A DNA stretch of 64,000 nucleotides from the human T2T-CHM13v2.0 reference genome, Homo sapiens. The number at the start of each line of letters is the position of its first letter. Position 1 is the stretch's first letter. The stretch is taken from assembly GCF_009914755.1 (NCBI RefSeq), contig NC_060939.1. One strand, given 5' to 3'. Below the pieces are notes generated by a model. It was not told where the DNA came from. It ran no database searches and worked only from the letters and a program-made list of their open reading frames with translations. Below, in pieces: positions 41,976-56,929 of the stretch. Position numbers and translations under genes: made by a program.

Positions 41976-44900
41976 CTTTCCTCCCTCTCTAAAACTTACA
42001 TTGAAATTTTAGTAGGATTCAAGGCAGCCAATCTCGAAGCTTAAATATATAAAAGAACCCTTTAAGATTAAAAAACCCATATTATCTTCCATAAGTTATT
42101 TCTTCAGACTATTGCCTTATTAAAATTTTCTAGTTCTTATTTTTGCATTAAAAGGAGAATGATGATTTTTAAATAAGTTCCTACTCATTTTTAATTTCTA
42201 CTATGACAGTTTTATTACTTTTCATGGCAATAGATTCCTCTGGTTCAACAAGAAGGGCAGAACAAGGAAGTACAGAAACATCTCAATATATCTCAAAAAA
42301 TTATTTAACATGGACAGTGTCATTTAGTATCTTTAACATCCCTATCAAATGGATGCCATTATTATCCCCCTTTTACAGGATATTAAAACTTACATACTGT
42401 AAATAACCAGCTGAAAGTCATACAGCATGGAAAATACAATAAGCATACAAAGAAGCAATGGCATTTGAAGTGGAGGAGGGTGAAGGATTAAAAGGCTAAA
42501 CTTAGTTTGGTTAAGAAAAAAGAAAACTAGAAGGTGGCAAACTCTTGTTGGAAAGGGGAAAGTTTTGGGCAGAGCAAGGTAGTGGAGTAGATCTCTCCAG
42601 TAATCATACCCCTATGGACACATCTATATGAACAACTATCCACATATGAAATTAACTTTACAAGAGCTAATGAACCCTGAATACATGAGTGAGTCAATGA
42701 AGCCCCTTTGGACTGCAAAGAGGAGTAAAATCATGCTTGGACAGTAAGGGAAACAGTACTCTGTGACTGTGATACTCCTCCCCCAGGCCATAATGGTATT
42801 ATATGCAGAAAGTCCTCCTGAACTCACAGTTCTTACACTGAATAAAGTGAGCAGAAGTTGAATATTTTTTCCACCATACTGAGTGCCTTCACAGTAGACT
42901 CACTCCTGCATCAGCCCACAAGTAGCACCATGAGTGTCAACAGAGCTGAACCACCAGAGGCATGCTAGGGACATACAGAAGGGATTGCGTTAGCAATACT
43001 TACTATATGAAACTTAGCAGTGGCTAGCCATTCCTACCAGAGGAAATATTATACCAGACAGGTTGTTTATGGGCACCACGCTGTGGGAAACATGATACAC
43101 AGACTGTCCAGATTTGATGGCCTGACTTGTTCTCCCCCAACAGACAGCAGCCTTTCTGTGGATCACCCATGGGCCCATCCAGTTACATTGCATCAGTGGT
43201 GAAGCTCCATTACAAGACTTATGTCTAACCTTTACTTTGGACACCTCCTAATGTTAAAATGGAATATAATGGAAATCCAGACAGAATTTCTAAACAAGCC
43301 CACTGAGAAACAGTCAAAAACAAACCCAGACTGAGAAGATTGAAATAAATATTTAATTCATCAATGTGTAGACAGAGATGCACATCTAAAAAAATAAGAA
43401 TAGCCTAGGAAAAACTGCCTCACCAAATGGAGAAAACAAGGTGTCAGCAACTGAACCTAAAGACATGCAAATGAATGATGTGGCAGACAAAAAAATTCAA
43501 ATAGCTGTTTTTTTTAAGAAAAAAAAATCTCTGAACTTCAACAAAGTACAGAGAAACAATATGGAAATTTATGAGAAATTCAACAAAGAATTTAAAATAA
43601 TGGGAAAAAATCAAAAGGAAATCCTGGAGGTAGAAAGTTCAGTAAACAAACTGAAAAATGCACTAGAGGGCATCAAGAGCAGAACTGATCAAGTAGAAGG
43701 AAAAAAACAGTGAGCTCAAAGACAGGCTCTTTGAAAATACACTGTCAGAGTAGAAAAGAGAAAAAAATGAGAAGAAACAAAGAAAACTTATGAGATCCAT
43801 GGGACACCATCAAAAAAAAAACAAATCTACAGTGTTAAAGTGGAACTAAGAATGAAAAAGAGTTAGAAGATTATTCAGAGAAATAACAGACAACTTTTTA
43901 AACTTGGAGAAGGATTAAGATGTTTAGGATGGCCAAAGCTCACTAATCTGATTTAATCTGAATAAGACAACCACAAGACACATTATAATTAAACTTTCAA
44001 ACGTCAAAAACAAACAGTAGGTCCTGAAAGCATTAAGAAAAAGGAAGCATATAACACATAAGAGAATTCCAATGTGCCTAGCAGCAGACTTCTCAGCAGA
44101 AACAATATGGGCCAGGAGAGAGTAGGATAATAGAATCAAGTGCTGAAGAAAAAAACTGTCAACCGTGAATACAGTATCCAGCACAGCTCTCATTTAGAAA
44201 TGAAGGAGAGGTTAAAACATTCTAAGACAAACAAAAGATGAAGGAATTCATTGTAACCATACCTGCCTTAAAAGAAATGTTAAAGAACAGTCTTCAAACT
44301 GAAAGAAAAGGTCACTAATATGTAATACAAAAAATTGGAAGGTATAAAACTGCAGGTAAAAATAAATATTCAGACAAATTCAGGATGCTCTAATATAGTA
44401 ATAATTGAATGTAATCCACTTACATGTTTTTAGTAAGAAGGTTAAAATACAAAACAAAAACAATAAAAACTACAATAATTTGTTAAGGGATAAGTGATAT
44501 AAAAGATGTAAATTAAGACATCAAAAATGCAAAATGTGGGGGAGTGACTGAGTTAAAGAGCAGAGTGTTTGCTTTTCCCCATTTCTTATTATCAAAATTA
44601 AGTTGTTATCCATTCAAAATTACCTATTGAAACTATAAAATATTCTTCACATGCCTCATAGTAACCAAAAGGCAAACACTTTTATTAGATACACTAAAAA
44701 TAAAAGAACAAGAAACAAAAACACACAGAGAAAATCACTTAACTACAAAGGAAGACAACAAAGGGACAAAAAGGTACAAAAATTCTAAAAGACAACAAGA
44801 AAACAGTATATGGCAGTACAAGTCCTTATCTATCAATAATTACCTTGAATGGAAATAAACTATCCAGTAAGAAGACAGAGAATGGGTAAATGGATTAAAA

Positions 44901-46174
44901 ACAAGACCTAACTATATTCTTTCTACAAGAGACTCCTAACACCTGTAAATACACACACAAATTGAAAGTGACCAGATGAAAAAATATATTTTATGATAAT
45001 GGAAACCAAAGAATGCAGAAGTAGTTATATTTATATCAAATAAAATAGACTTCAAGTAAAAAAAACAGTAAACACAGACAAACAAGGCCATTATGTAATA
45101 ATAAAGGGGTCAGTACAACAAGAGAGTACAATAATTGTAATTATATAATGCACTCAACATTGGAGAACCTAAATATATAAAGCAAACATTAATAGATCTA
45201 AAAGGAGAGACAAAAAGCTGTACAATAATAGTAAGAAACCTCGACATCCGATTTTCAGCAATGAACAGATCATTGAGAGAGAATCTCAACAAAGAAACAT
45301 TTAAACTGCACTCTAGATCAAAAGAATTTAACAGCTATTTACATAACATTTCATCCAACAATTGCATAATTCACTGTCTTTTCACCTGCATATGGAATAT
45401 TGTCCATGATAGATATGTTAGACCACAAAACAAGTCTTAGCTAATCAAAAAATCAAATCATATCACGTGTTTTTTTAACCTTATGGAATAAAGCTAGAAA
45501 TAAACAACAGGAGGAACTTCAGAAATTGTGCAAATACATACAAATTAAACAACATATCCTTAAACAACCAATGGGTCAATGAAAAAATTTAATTTTAAAA
45601 ATATCTGAAGACAAATAAAAATGAAATCAGAACATATGAAAACTTATAAAATACAGCAAAACAGTCCTTAGAAGGAAGTTTATAGCAATAGATTTCTACA
45701 TCAATAAAGAAGAAAGATAATAAATAAACCATCTAACAATGTATTTCAAGGAACTATAAAATCAAGAACAAACTAAGACCCAAATTAGCAAAAGAATATA
45801 AATATCAGAGCACAAATATACAAAATGAAGACAAAAAATACAAATGACTAATTAAATGAAGGAATCTTTTTTGAAAACGTAAAATTGACAAATGTTTTGT
45901 CAGACTAAGAAAAAAAGAGAAAATTCACATATAATCAGAGATGAAAAAGGATATACTATGATAGACTCTAGAGAAATATAAAGAATCATGAGTAAGTACT
46001 ACAAACAATTATACGCCAATAAATCAAAAAACTTAGAAGAAATACGTATGCTCTGGACACATAATAACCTATCAAAATTGAAGAAAGAAGAAATAGAAAA
46101 TGTGAACACACCAATGACAAATAATGAGATTGAAGGAGCGATTTAGGCTCTCAGTCAAGGAAAATCCAAAAGAC

Positions 46175-46452
46175 TTCACACAGTAGCTCACACCTGTAAT
46201 CTCACAGTTTAGGAGCCCAAGGCAGGAGAATCACTAGAGGCCAGGAGTTCAAGATTAGCCTGGGCAACACAATGAGACTCCATCTCTAAAAATAAAAATA
46301 AAAATTAACCAGGTATAGTGGTGTGTATTTGTACTCAGGAGGCTGAGGCAGGAGGATCACTTAAGACCAGGTGTTTGAGGCTGCAGTCAGCTATGACTGC
46401 ACCACTGTATGCCAGCCTCAGTGATAGAGTGAGACCCTGTCTCTAAAAAAAT
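46175..46452 (+). mobile_element. AluJ inserted in L1
   Basis: 'gctcacacctgtaat...gaggccaggagttcaag...tttgaggctgcagt...gagaccctgtctctaaaaaa'. Confidence 0.88.
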
Positions 46453-48693
46453 AGAGGAAGAAAGAAAAGTTCACGACTTGGTGGTTTTCGCTGACAAATT
46501 CTACAAAACATTTAAAAAATTTATACAAATTATTTACAAACTATTTCAAAAAAATGAAAAGGAGGGAACTCTTCCAAACTCATTCTATGAAGACAGCATT
46601 TCCTGATTGCAAAATGAGACAAGAACAGCAAATAAAAGAAAACTCCAGGCCAATATCATTGATAAACATAGATGCAAACATTCAAAACCAGCAGTTCTAG
46701 CAATGATATTTCAAAAGCACATTAAAAAGATTATCCACCATAATCAAATGGTATTTACCTGGGGTGGTAAGGATAGTCTAATACTTGTAAATCAATAAAA
46801 TGTGATACATCATATTAAACAATGAAGGATAAAAAACATATAATCATTTCAATAGATGCAGAAAAAGCATTTGACAGAATTAAACATCTTTTTATGATCA
46901 AACCTTTTAACAAATTAGTTATAAAAGAACATAATAAAATAAAGACCATATGTGATAATCCACAGGCAACATTGTACTGAATGGTGAAAACTTGAAAGCT
47001 TTGCCTCTAGGATCTGGAACAAGACAAGAATGTTCACTTTAATCAATTTTTTCAACATAGTACTGGAAGTCCTGGTCAGAACAATTAGGTAAGAGACAGA
47101 AATAAAAGGCATCCAAATTGGAAAAAAAAAGTCAGATTGTCCCTCTTTGAAGATGACATGATCATATATGTAAAAAACCCTAAATATGCCACTGAGAATC
47201 AGAAATAGTAAATGAATACAATAAGGTTTCAGGATACAAAAGCAACATAAAAAATCGGTAACATTTCTATACACCAATAGCAGACTATCTGAAAAAGGAA
47301 TCAAGAAAGTAATCCCATTTAAAATAGCTATTAAAAAAACAAAATACCTACAAGTAAATTAAGCCATGGAAAGATGAAAATTATTAAATGTTGATAAAAA
47401 CAATTAAAAATTAAAATAAATAGAAAGATATCCCATGTTCATGGACTAGAAGAATTAACATTGTTGAAATGACCATACTATGCAAATCAATCTATAAATC
47501 CAATATAATCTCTATCAAATTTCCAATTTCATTCTTCACAGATATTAAAAAATATCTTAAAATTCATGTGAAACTACAAAACACCCTAAATAGCCAAATA
47601 AATCTTAAGCAAAAAGAGCAATGCTAGAGGTATTACACTATCTAATTTCAAAATATATTACAAAGCTATCTTAACTAAAACAGCATGATATTGGCATAAA
47701 AACAGGCATGTAGACCAGTGGAACAAAAACAGAGAGCACAGGCATAAAACCACATATTTATATGCAACTTATTTTTGACAAAGGTGAAAACATTCAATTG
47801 GGAAAAGACAGTCTTTTCAACAAATGGTGCTGGGAAAGTGCATATCCACATACAAAAGAATGAAAGTAGACCCCTATCTCTCATCATATACAAAAATCAA
47901 CTCAAAATAAATTAAATATTTAAATGTAAGACCCCAAACTATGAAACTAGTAGAAGAAAACTTAGGTGAAATGTTATATGTCATTGGTGTAGGCAAGGAC
48001 TTTTTAGAAAAGACATTGAAAGTCATGAACAACAAAAGCAAAAATAAACAAATGGGATTACACCAAGTAAAAACTTCTGCATTGCATAGGAAACAATCAC
48101 AAGAGTGAAGACACAACCTACAAAATGGGAGAAAATATCTGCAAACTATTCACTTCATAAGGGGTTAATATCCCAAATTTATAGAAATCCCAAACAACTC
48201 AATAGCAAAAATACAAATAATTGGATTAGAAAATAGTCAAGACAGCTGAATAGACATTTCTCCAAATAAGACAGAAATAATCACCAACAGGTATACGAAA
48301 AAATGCTCACCATCACTAATAATCAGAGAAATGCAAGTCAAATCCACAGTGAGATATCATCTCACCCTGCTTAGAATGCTTTTTATGAAAAAGTCAAAAA
48401 ATAACAAATGCTGGCAAGGATGTGAAGAAAGGGGAATTTTCATACACTGTTGGTGGAAATGTAAATTAGAGCAACTGTTATGGAAAACAATATAACTTCC
48501 AAAAACATTAAAAATAGACTTATCACATAATCCAACAATCCCACTACTGGGTATATATTCAAAGATTATTAAATCAGTATGTCAAAGATATTTCTGGACT
48601 CTCATGTTAATTACAGCACTATTCACAATAGCCTAGAATCAACCTAAGTGTCCATCAATGAATGAATGGAGAAAGAAAATGTGGCATATATGC

Positions 48694-48983
48694 TGTATTT
48701 GGTCATTCTTGCATAGCTATAAAGAAATACCTGAGATTGGATAATTTATAAGAAAAGAGACATAATTGGCTCCTGGTTCCATGGGCTGTACAGGGAGCAT
48801 AATGCCAACATCTGCTTGACTAGTCAGGAAGTTTGGGAACTCGTTCACTATCATGAGGATAGCACCAAGCCATGAGGGATCCACCTCCATGACCCAAACA
48901 CCCCCTACCAGGCCCAATCTCTAACAGTGGGGATTACAATATAACATGAGATATGGGTCAGGACAAATATCCAAACTATATCA
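48694..48983 (-). mobile_element. MSTB-like solo LTR inserted in L1
   Basis: 'gctataaagaaatacctgag' through 'aaatatccaaactatatca'; 5-bp TSD tatgc/catgc. Confidence 0.85.
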
Positions 48984-50852
48984 CATGCACATTTGGCCAT
49001 AATAAAGGGTAAAATCGTGTCACTTGTGACAACATGAATGAGCATAGACGACATTGTGGTAAGTGAAATAAGCTAACCACGGTAAGACAAATATCACATG
49101 ATCTCATTCTTATGTGAAATCTAAAAACACTGATCTAATAGAGAGTAGAAGAGTGGTTACCAGACTGGGAAAGATAGGGAGGAGAGGTTTTAACAATGTG
49201 TCATGTATCAAAATACCACATTGTACCCCATCAACATGTGAAATTATCATGTATCCACTTAATAAAAGAAAAGAAAAAAGAAGATGGAAGAGTTAAGATA
49301 CTGGGGCACTGGAAGAGATAGAAGAGAAGGTGAGTTGGCAGTAAAGAAGAGAGAGTCTGAAAGAGCATGTCACAGAGTGGAACATTAAAGTTTATAACAT
49401 TAGAAATCAATTTTTAAGTTATTGAAAAGTTAAGTTTATAGCCATGAAAGTGAGTAGCTCAATTGAAGTGAAATTAAAAGTCAATGAAAGTTTAAATTAG
49501 AAAATATATTGCTTGGCATTTAGTAATTACTTCAGAAATATTAATAAATCTTAAGAAAATTAAGAACACCAAATCATTCATAGTGGGCCATTATCATAAT
49601 ACGAATTTATGTGGTAATATTTTATTATTTCCAGTGAAGGGAGTAATTCAACAGTCTTGATTACAGGTTAGAAAATGATTTCTCCAGGTGTGACCCACTG
49701 ACCCCATTCATTGTATTTGAATTGCTTGAGCAATTTGTTTCAGGAGAAAATGGAAAGATTTTAAGATGGACCAACGAAATTACCACTGAGTGTCTTTAAT
49801 GGAAATCTCATCCTTGTCTAGAATAACCTGGGTTATCTGTTTCTATAGGGTGTCTGTGCCTTTTGTTTTCTTTGTTATTTGCAATTCTGTTAGTTGTAGA
49901 TTACTGATAGTAATGCAAATATTCTTGTCTATAGACAGGCAAATGATTGATTTTGGTGGAAGTATAATTAATTTTCCTTTTTCCACCTTCCATCAGGAAG
50001 TCAGTTTTGAACCTATCAAGCAAATTTATTTCAGTGTTCCTTAGTGCCTAGATATGTGTGGCTCTTAATTTTCCATAAAACTTAGTATAACATCTTACTG
50101 GCTCCCTCATTAAATAAATGAGTTAAAAATCTTAGACAAGTGTTCATTTTATATTTGTAAGTCATAATTTACCCTATTTTAAGCAATTTTCCTTTATCAT
50201 TCCTAAAAATCCAGATTCCTATGTCCCATGCAAGACCTATTGAATCAAAATCTCAGGCTGAAGGCACAAGAATTTACATCGTTAGTAAGCTTTTCAAGTG
50301 ATTTTTAGGCATACTAAATTGTATTAACCTTTACCATTCTAATTCTTTAAACTGGAATTATTGTATTTATAATTCCATCTTCGTCAAATTAAACTTTTGG
50401 TTAGCAAAAACGGTAGAAACCCCCTTATTCAATCAGATTGGGACCAGTAATAAACAGATTAATCACAAATTTGAGTTAGATGGAGGAATCATAAGAAGTA
50501 TTAGATGTAAGTCCTTAAAACAACTTTAATTTAAAAGACATGTGTAAATAAATTTGCCAGAATTTTGATGACAAGGTCAAAGCCTTGCACGGATTCAGAG
50601 TGGAGTTTCTTGTGGAAACTATGCCAATGATACGTTGTCATGGATTTCTTGTTCACTTTCTGAGAAGACAACTGGGGTAAAGCAATCTGAAATCCTAGAT
50701 TACACAATTTTTCCCATTTGTTTCTAGTTGTCTTGCCAACAGTTAAGCTGACAGCAACTGTTTGAGTTTCTCATTTTTCCAACACATTTAGTTTATTTCT
50801 CAAAGAAACAACAATACTACTCTTGTTATACTCATTTTCTCAGTTTACATAA

Positions 50853-51133
<281 letters not shown>

Positions 51134-51409
51134 ACATAATATTTAATTAAATCGCATAGCTACAAGAACAAGAACAAATGGTGTAAACATATTTAGGAAT
51201 CAACACAGCTTCCTCTTAGAAACTATACAATTTCTGTAATGGAAGGAGAAATGTACAGGCATTAAAAGTAGCTCAAAGGCTTTCAGTTTACAGTGGACAT
51301 CAGTCAATAAGTTGTACAGGGTTACCAGAAAGTGCTGATTGCAAATCAGTTAAGTGGAGGTCAGTTAAGGCAGCATCCACTGTATCCTAATTTGAAAAGT
51401 GAATGTTCT

Positions 51410-51585
51410 AAAACTGGGTTCACTTTTGCTATAAAGGACCAGATGATAAATATTTTAGGCTTTGCAAACCATACGGTCTCTATAGCAACCATTCAACTCT
51501 ACCATTGTAGCAGGAAAGCACAATAGATCCATGGATGTGCTCCAATAAAACTTTATAAAAACAGGCAGCTGGTCTGAGGACCATG
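51410..51585 (+). mobile_element. MER58A-like hAT element
   Basis: 'ccagatgataaatattttaggctttgc...caactctaccattgtagc...ccaataaaacttta'. Confidence 0.85.
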
Positions 51586-52881
51586 TATATATCTTGCTGT
51601 TTTCATACAATTTTCTAAGTTAGTAGTTCCCTGCCTTTTTAACAATCAAGGATTACTTTTAATCCTCTCTTCTGATTTTATGTTTCAACAGCCTTAAGGA
51701 AACCCCACAAAATATATTTATTTTGTAATTTTGGGGGGGTTCTTATTTTACTAATAAGTAATGAATGATATATAAAGGCTACCTACTAGGTCAGTATGAA
51801 ATAATCAACATTATTAACTCTAATGACTTAGTTCTGGATAGAAATAAAAAGTATTCAACTATATATATATATAATTTAAAACCTGTATAGCTTTTTCTGG
51901 TGTAAATATATAACTTTTTGAGATTTTTCAAGTATTAAATACAACATTTGTGAATCCTCACACCTGGCTCCCTATGATGACATTCAAGAATTCTTAGGAT
52001 TCTGGGAATCTTAGAATGAAAGTCACTGCTCTGTTGGAATGAATGAATGAATGAATGAATAAGAAAGGGAAGGAAGAAGAAAGAGCATGTTTACTAAATG
52101 TAAATTAATCATCAAGGAACGTTTATTTTATTAATAAATTTGTCAACTTTAGATTGCCAAATCTAACAAGATACCAACATGGCATTCATGGTGATCACAC
52201 CTCTAGTCAAATTTTATTTTAGTTCATTGACTATAGTATTAATATCCTGAAATACTCAAAAATTCTGTCCTAATTCTGTGAATAATTCACCTATTAATCA
52301 CCCTATACACTACTTAATGAATGGAATGGTGCTTGGAATAAACATAATTACACGGCTAAAAGGGTTTTCTCTAGAGGCAGGTTATAAGATTTTGTTGTCT
52401 GACTGGAATAAAACAAAATTAATCAATATTTTCTGCAACCAGTGGCTTTTGACTTAGTCATCTATTAATATCTATCAATCACTATAACCTCAGTCCTATT
52501 TCCTCCATTCTTCTTTTTGCTATCATCAAAACTTGTCCATTTTTTTTCCTGTTTGATCTATATGTTTCTCCTCTTTTCTTTTCATCCAAACAACTGGACA
52601 TCAACTTAGTACAGATAGTGCAATTGATCCGAACCCTACAGAAATCACTGTTTCCATTTACATAACTTACATAACTGTCAAGCTGAAATCATTCTCAAAT
52701 ATTTTAATTCAAAATTTTAATTTCATTTAATCATATTTATTTATTCATTAATTAATTTATTTTGAAAATAATTTTAACTTGTATTTTACATTCAGGGGTA
52801 CATGTGCCAGTTTGTTACATGGGTATATCTCATAATGCTGAGTTTTGGGGTATGAATGATCCCATCATCCAGATGCTCATT

Positions 52882-53264
52882 TGGTATGGTTTGACTCTGT
52901 GTCCCCACCCAAATCTCATGTTGAATTATAATTCCCAATGTAGGGGGAATGACCTGGTGGGAGGTGATTAGCTCATGAGAGCAGACTTCCCCCTTGCTGT
53001 TCTTACATGGTAAGTGAGTTCTCATGAGATCTGATGGTTTAAACATATGGTACATCCCCCCTGGCTCACTTGCTCTCCTGCCGCCATGGTAGAAAGTGCC
53101 TTGCTTCCCCCTTCACCTTCTGCCATGATTATAAGTTTCCTGAAGCCTCCCAGCCATGCTTCCTGTAACAGCCTGTGGAACTGTGAGTCAATTAAACCTC
53201 TTTTCTTTATAAATTACCCAGTCTCGGGTAGTTCTATATAGCAGTGTGAGAACAGATTAATACA
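52882..53264 (+). mobile_element. MSTA/THE1D-like solo LTR
   Basis: 'tggtatggtttgactctgtgtccccacccaaatctcatgttgaatt' through 'cagtgtgagaacagattaataca'. Confidence 0.88.
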
Positions 53265-53522
53265 TGAGCATAGTATCCAATAGTTTGTTTGTCAAACCTT
53301 GCCTTCCTCCTTCTCCCCTCTAGTAGTCCCAGTGTTTATTCTTTCCATCTTTATGTCCATAAGTACCCAGTGTTTAGCTCCCACTTATAATTGAGATCAT
53401 GTGGTATTTCATTTTGTATTCCTGCATTAATTTACTTAGGATAATGGCCTTCAGCTGCATCAATGTTGCTTCAAAGGACATGATTTTGTTATTTTTATGG
53501 GTGCATAGTATTCCATGGTGTG

Positions 53523-53929
53523 TGAAATCGTTTGGAAGGTGGCCCCTATAAATCTCATGGTGAAATGTAATCCTCAGGGTTGGAGGTGGGGCCTGGTAGG
53601 AGGTGTTTGGGTCACGGGGGTGGATCTCTCATGACCTGATACTGTCCTTGTGATAGCGAATTCTTTCGAGATCTGGTTGTGTAAGGGTGTGTGGTACTTA
53701 CCCCCACTCCCATTCTCTCTTGCTCCTGCTCTGGCCATGTGATGAGCCTACTCCCTCTTCACCTTCCATCATGAGTAAAAGCTCCCTGGAGACACCACAG
53801 GTGCCATCAGATGCCGTCACCATGCTTCCTGTACAGCCTGCAGAGCTATGAGCCAATTAAATCTCTTTTCCTTATAAGTTACCCAGTCTCAGGTATTTCT
53901 TCATAGCAATGCAAGAATAGCCTAATACT
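53523..53929 (+). mobile_element. MSTB-like solo LTR
   Basis: 'ggaggtggggcctggtaggaggtgtttgggtcac', 'cagtctcaggtatttcttcatagcaatgcaagaa'. Confidence 0.88.
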
Positions 53930-55074
53930 GTGTGGATGTACCACATTTTATTGATCAAATCCACTGTTGATGGGCACCTAGGCTGACTCCATGTCTTTGC
54001 TATTGTAATAGCGCTGCGATGAACATGCTAGTGCATATGTCTTTTTGGTAGAATAACTGACTTTCTTTGGGTCATATACCAGTAATGGAATTGTTGGCTT
54101 GAGAGGTAATTCTATTTTAAATTCTTTGAGAAATTTCCAAACTGCTTTCAACAGTGGCTGAACTAATTTACATTCGCACCAATTATGTGTAAATGTTCCC
54201 TTTTCTCCACAGCCTCCCAAGATCTGTTGTTTTTCGATTTTTTAATAGTAGCTATTCTGACTGGTATAGGATAGTATCTCGTTTTGGTTTTGATTTGCAT
54301 TTCTCTCATGATTAGTGATGTTAAGCCTAATCTCTGCCACCTGAAAACTGGGAAAATACAGTGTCACTTGTCAAAATAAATTGTTTTACTTTGCTTTAAA
54401 AATAATCAATTGAGTAGTATATTTCTTCCAGCAAAATTAAGAAGTAAACATTTAGAAATGTACATTACCTTGCAGTTAAGTCTTCGCACAAATATACCAA
54501 TCCAACATAAAGGTCATCTTAAACTTTCATTTGAAATGAAAGACAATTTTTAAGAGGTTAAGGGCTAGTAATTTGTTAAAGTCCTGAAGTTAAATTAGCT
54601 CAAGTAAATACAAAGACTTTCCTTTAATTAAAGTCTTTTAAATGAACACTTTAAAGCATAGTTGGTTTCTCCCTCAAGTCTTGTCCAAAGCCACTGTTTA
54701 CAACTCAGTATATCAAAGAAGGTTTCAGACATGATTGTGAAGCTCCCTCAACTTACAGTGTGCTATTTGCAACCTTAGATGGCTATCATTCTGGCTTTTC
54801 TACCTTTTAGCAACAATAAGCACACCAGTCCCATTTCTCCCCCACCCTGACTTACCCCTCTTTGCATTTAATAGATAATTTTTCTCAGAGTGTTCTTACA
54901 CATCTTTAACTGTAAATATGACAAAAGCACACAGTATAGTACATGTGCCACATGTATAAATGTTGTATCTCGTCATACAATTTTCCTTTTAAAAAAGAAA
55001 TATTTTATTTTCAAAAAGCAAAGACTCTAGGAATCTTTTCTAGCTGCCAGTCATAAAAACATAAATTCCTGGTT

Positions 55075-55225
55075 AGATTCCCAAATTTGCCTGACCATAA
55101 GAACCACTTGTGGTACTTCTCAAACACATGTATTCTGAGTCCCATCCGTGATCTCCTGAATCAGAATCAGCAGGTGAGAGGCCTGGGAATACACATTTTA
55201 AACAAACGTCCACAGTGATTACGAT
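55075..55225. mobile_element. MER5-type hAT element
   Basis: 'ctgaatcagaatc...ggcctgggaatacacattttaaacaa'. Confidence 0.65.
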
Positions 55226-56523
55226 TAGTCAAGCTTGAAAAAAATTTCACTAGGATCTTCATGACTGAATATCCTCACAAACATAGGAAAGTTACTGGAG
55301 AAAAATACGAGCAGAATTTCAGAATTTTTCCTTTGCTGAAATTGTTTGTTCCCTCCTCCTCTACTCATCAAGACCTGACTGCTTATGTAACTCCCCCAAA
55401 CCATCAACACCTGGAAGGAGTTGAAAATGATTTTAATGAAGAAGAAAAGCTGATGTTTAATTTCAAAACTGACGGTGACAATAGAAGGGAGAGGCATGAA
55501 TTTATCTTGATTCTAACACAAAGCATTGTATTTGAGTCTACAAACGAAATTGGTTTCATTTTTATTTTTTGTAAGTTTTCGCCAAACTCTAGGCATATAT
55601 AGAGGCTGGGCAAGAAAGAAAGAAACCCAGAAATATGGCATATGCAATCCCTTATTTATTTCCCCATGCGACCAGCCAACAGCTTCTTCACCTAGTCCCT
55701 GCTTCAAGCTGACTTTCTATCTACTTCTCTATCGGAAATGGAGGTTCCCTAAAGACTACCTCAATGTCAGTTACCCACAGGCCATTTTTCCATCTTATGT
55801 TCCTAAACTTTTATGATATTAAATGATATTACCCTTTCTGGAAATTGTCCTTAGCTTTGATTTTATAATTTTACTCTAACTTTGTTTCATTCCTTCTTTT
55901 ATAGCCTTTCTTTTCTCTATCCCTTTACTGCAGACATGTTGTACAGCTTTGTTCTTGACCTTCTGATCTCTCCACATTCACTCCCAAGAGCATGTATCCA
56001 TTTTATTGGCATCGCCCTTCCTAACTATCTGATTATTACCATCATATAATGATGTTGGTGATGAGCATAGCTAACATATCCTAGGCATTTTCCATGTAGG
56101 TTATAATAAGCACCCTATATAATTCGTACCATTTAATTCTTCAACCCTAAATGATACTATTACTAACCACATTGTATGAGATAAGGAAACTGAGATTTTC
56201 ATCAAAACCATGGAAAGCCAACGTGAGGAGCCCCTGTGTGTCTCCTTTGTTAATGCCTCTGGGCATCATGGCATGTGGATTGCGGTGGAATGGGGATTAG
56301 GAAGCACAGCACTGTGAAAACACCAGAAAATATGATAGCAGGTAAGGACGCTCATCTCTGCACATTGAGATGGTTTTGTTTCTGAGTCAGGTTTGAGATG
56401 AGCCAATCCTGACTCCATGGTGCTACCAGGGATCACGAATTTAGTAAGATCTTCGTGGATGCTTGGAACCCAACTGGTTTCTGTTTTCTACTTTAGAGAA
56501 AGAGCCACAACTTGAGTGGGGTG

Positions 56524-56595
56524 GTTTTGGTGTCACATACGCTATCAAAAATACCCACCGTTTTGGTGTTACATACGTGATTAATAATACCCACC
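56524..56595. repeat. 36-bp tandem duplication
   Basis: gttttggtgtcacatacgctatcaaaaatacccacc followed by gttttggtgttacatacgtgattaataatacccacc. Confidence 0.85.
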
Positions 56596-56929
56596 GCTGC
56601 GGAGGAATCACCGTGGACTACTCCTCCTTTCATCCCATGCTCTTGCGATGGATCCCTCTCACCTGTTTACTGATTTCATTCAAATTCTTCAGCGACCACA
56701 GGACCCCGATTTGCCTTCTCTATCCTGGTTCCCATCACTCTGCTTTACAGGCCTGGCCTGCTTGCGGCTCCTCACACCAGCGCTACAAGGCTCCCTCCTC
56801 GCCTCTGCCCTGTTTCCTCCAGCAGACAGGACTAGCTTCCTCCATCTCTATCGGGCAAAAGCCTGCTCAGCGTTCAAGACCCTCCTCAGATGCCGCCTCC
56901 ACGATTAGGCTTCTTCCTGACCCCTGAGC

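Larger units (their letters stand above)
42590..49280 (+). mobile_element. near full-length decayed L1 (L1M/L1MA type): 5' region, ORF1, ORF2, 3' end
   Basis: ORF1 coiled-coil remnant (43441-43713); 'gcagacttctcagcagaaac'; ORF2 'atttcaatagatgcagaaaaagcatttgaca'; 3' end 'cacattgtaccccat...aataaaag'. Confidence 0.92.
52740..54325 (-). mobile_element. L1PB-type 3' end, interrupted by two MST LTRs
   Basis: 'ttcaggggtacatgtgccagtttgttacatggg', 'gtttagctcccacttataa', 'tggctgaactaatttacattc'. Confidence 0.9.

Noticed and set aside
56463-56927. 154-aa ORF
   Set aside because: Non-ATG start; overlaps a tandem duplication and L2-like sequence
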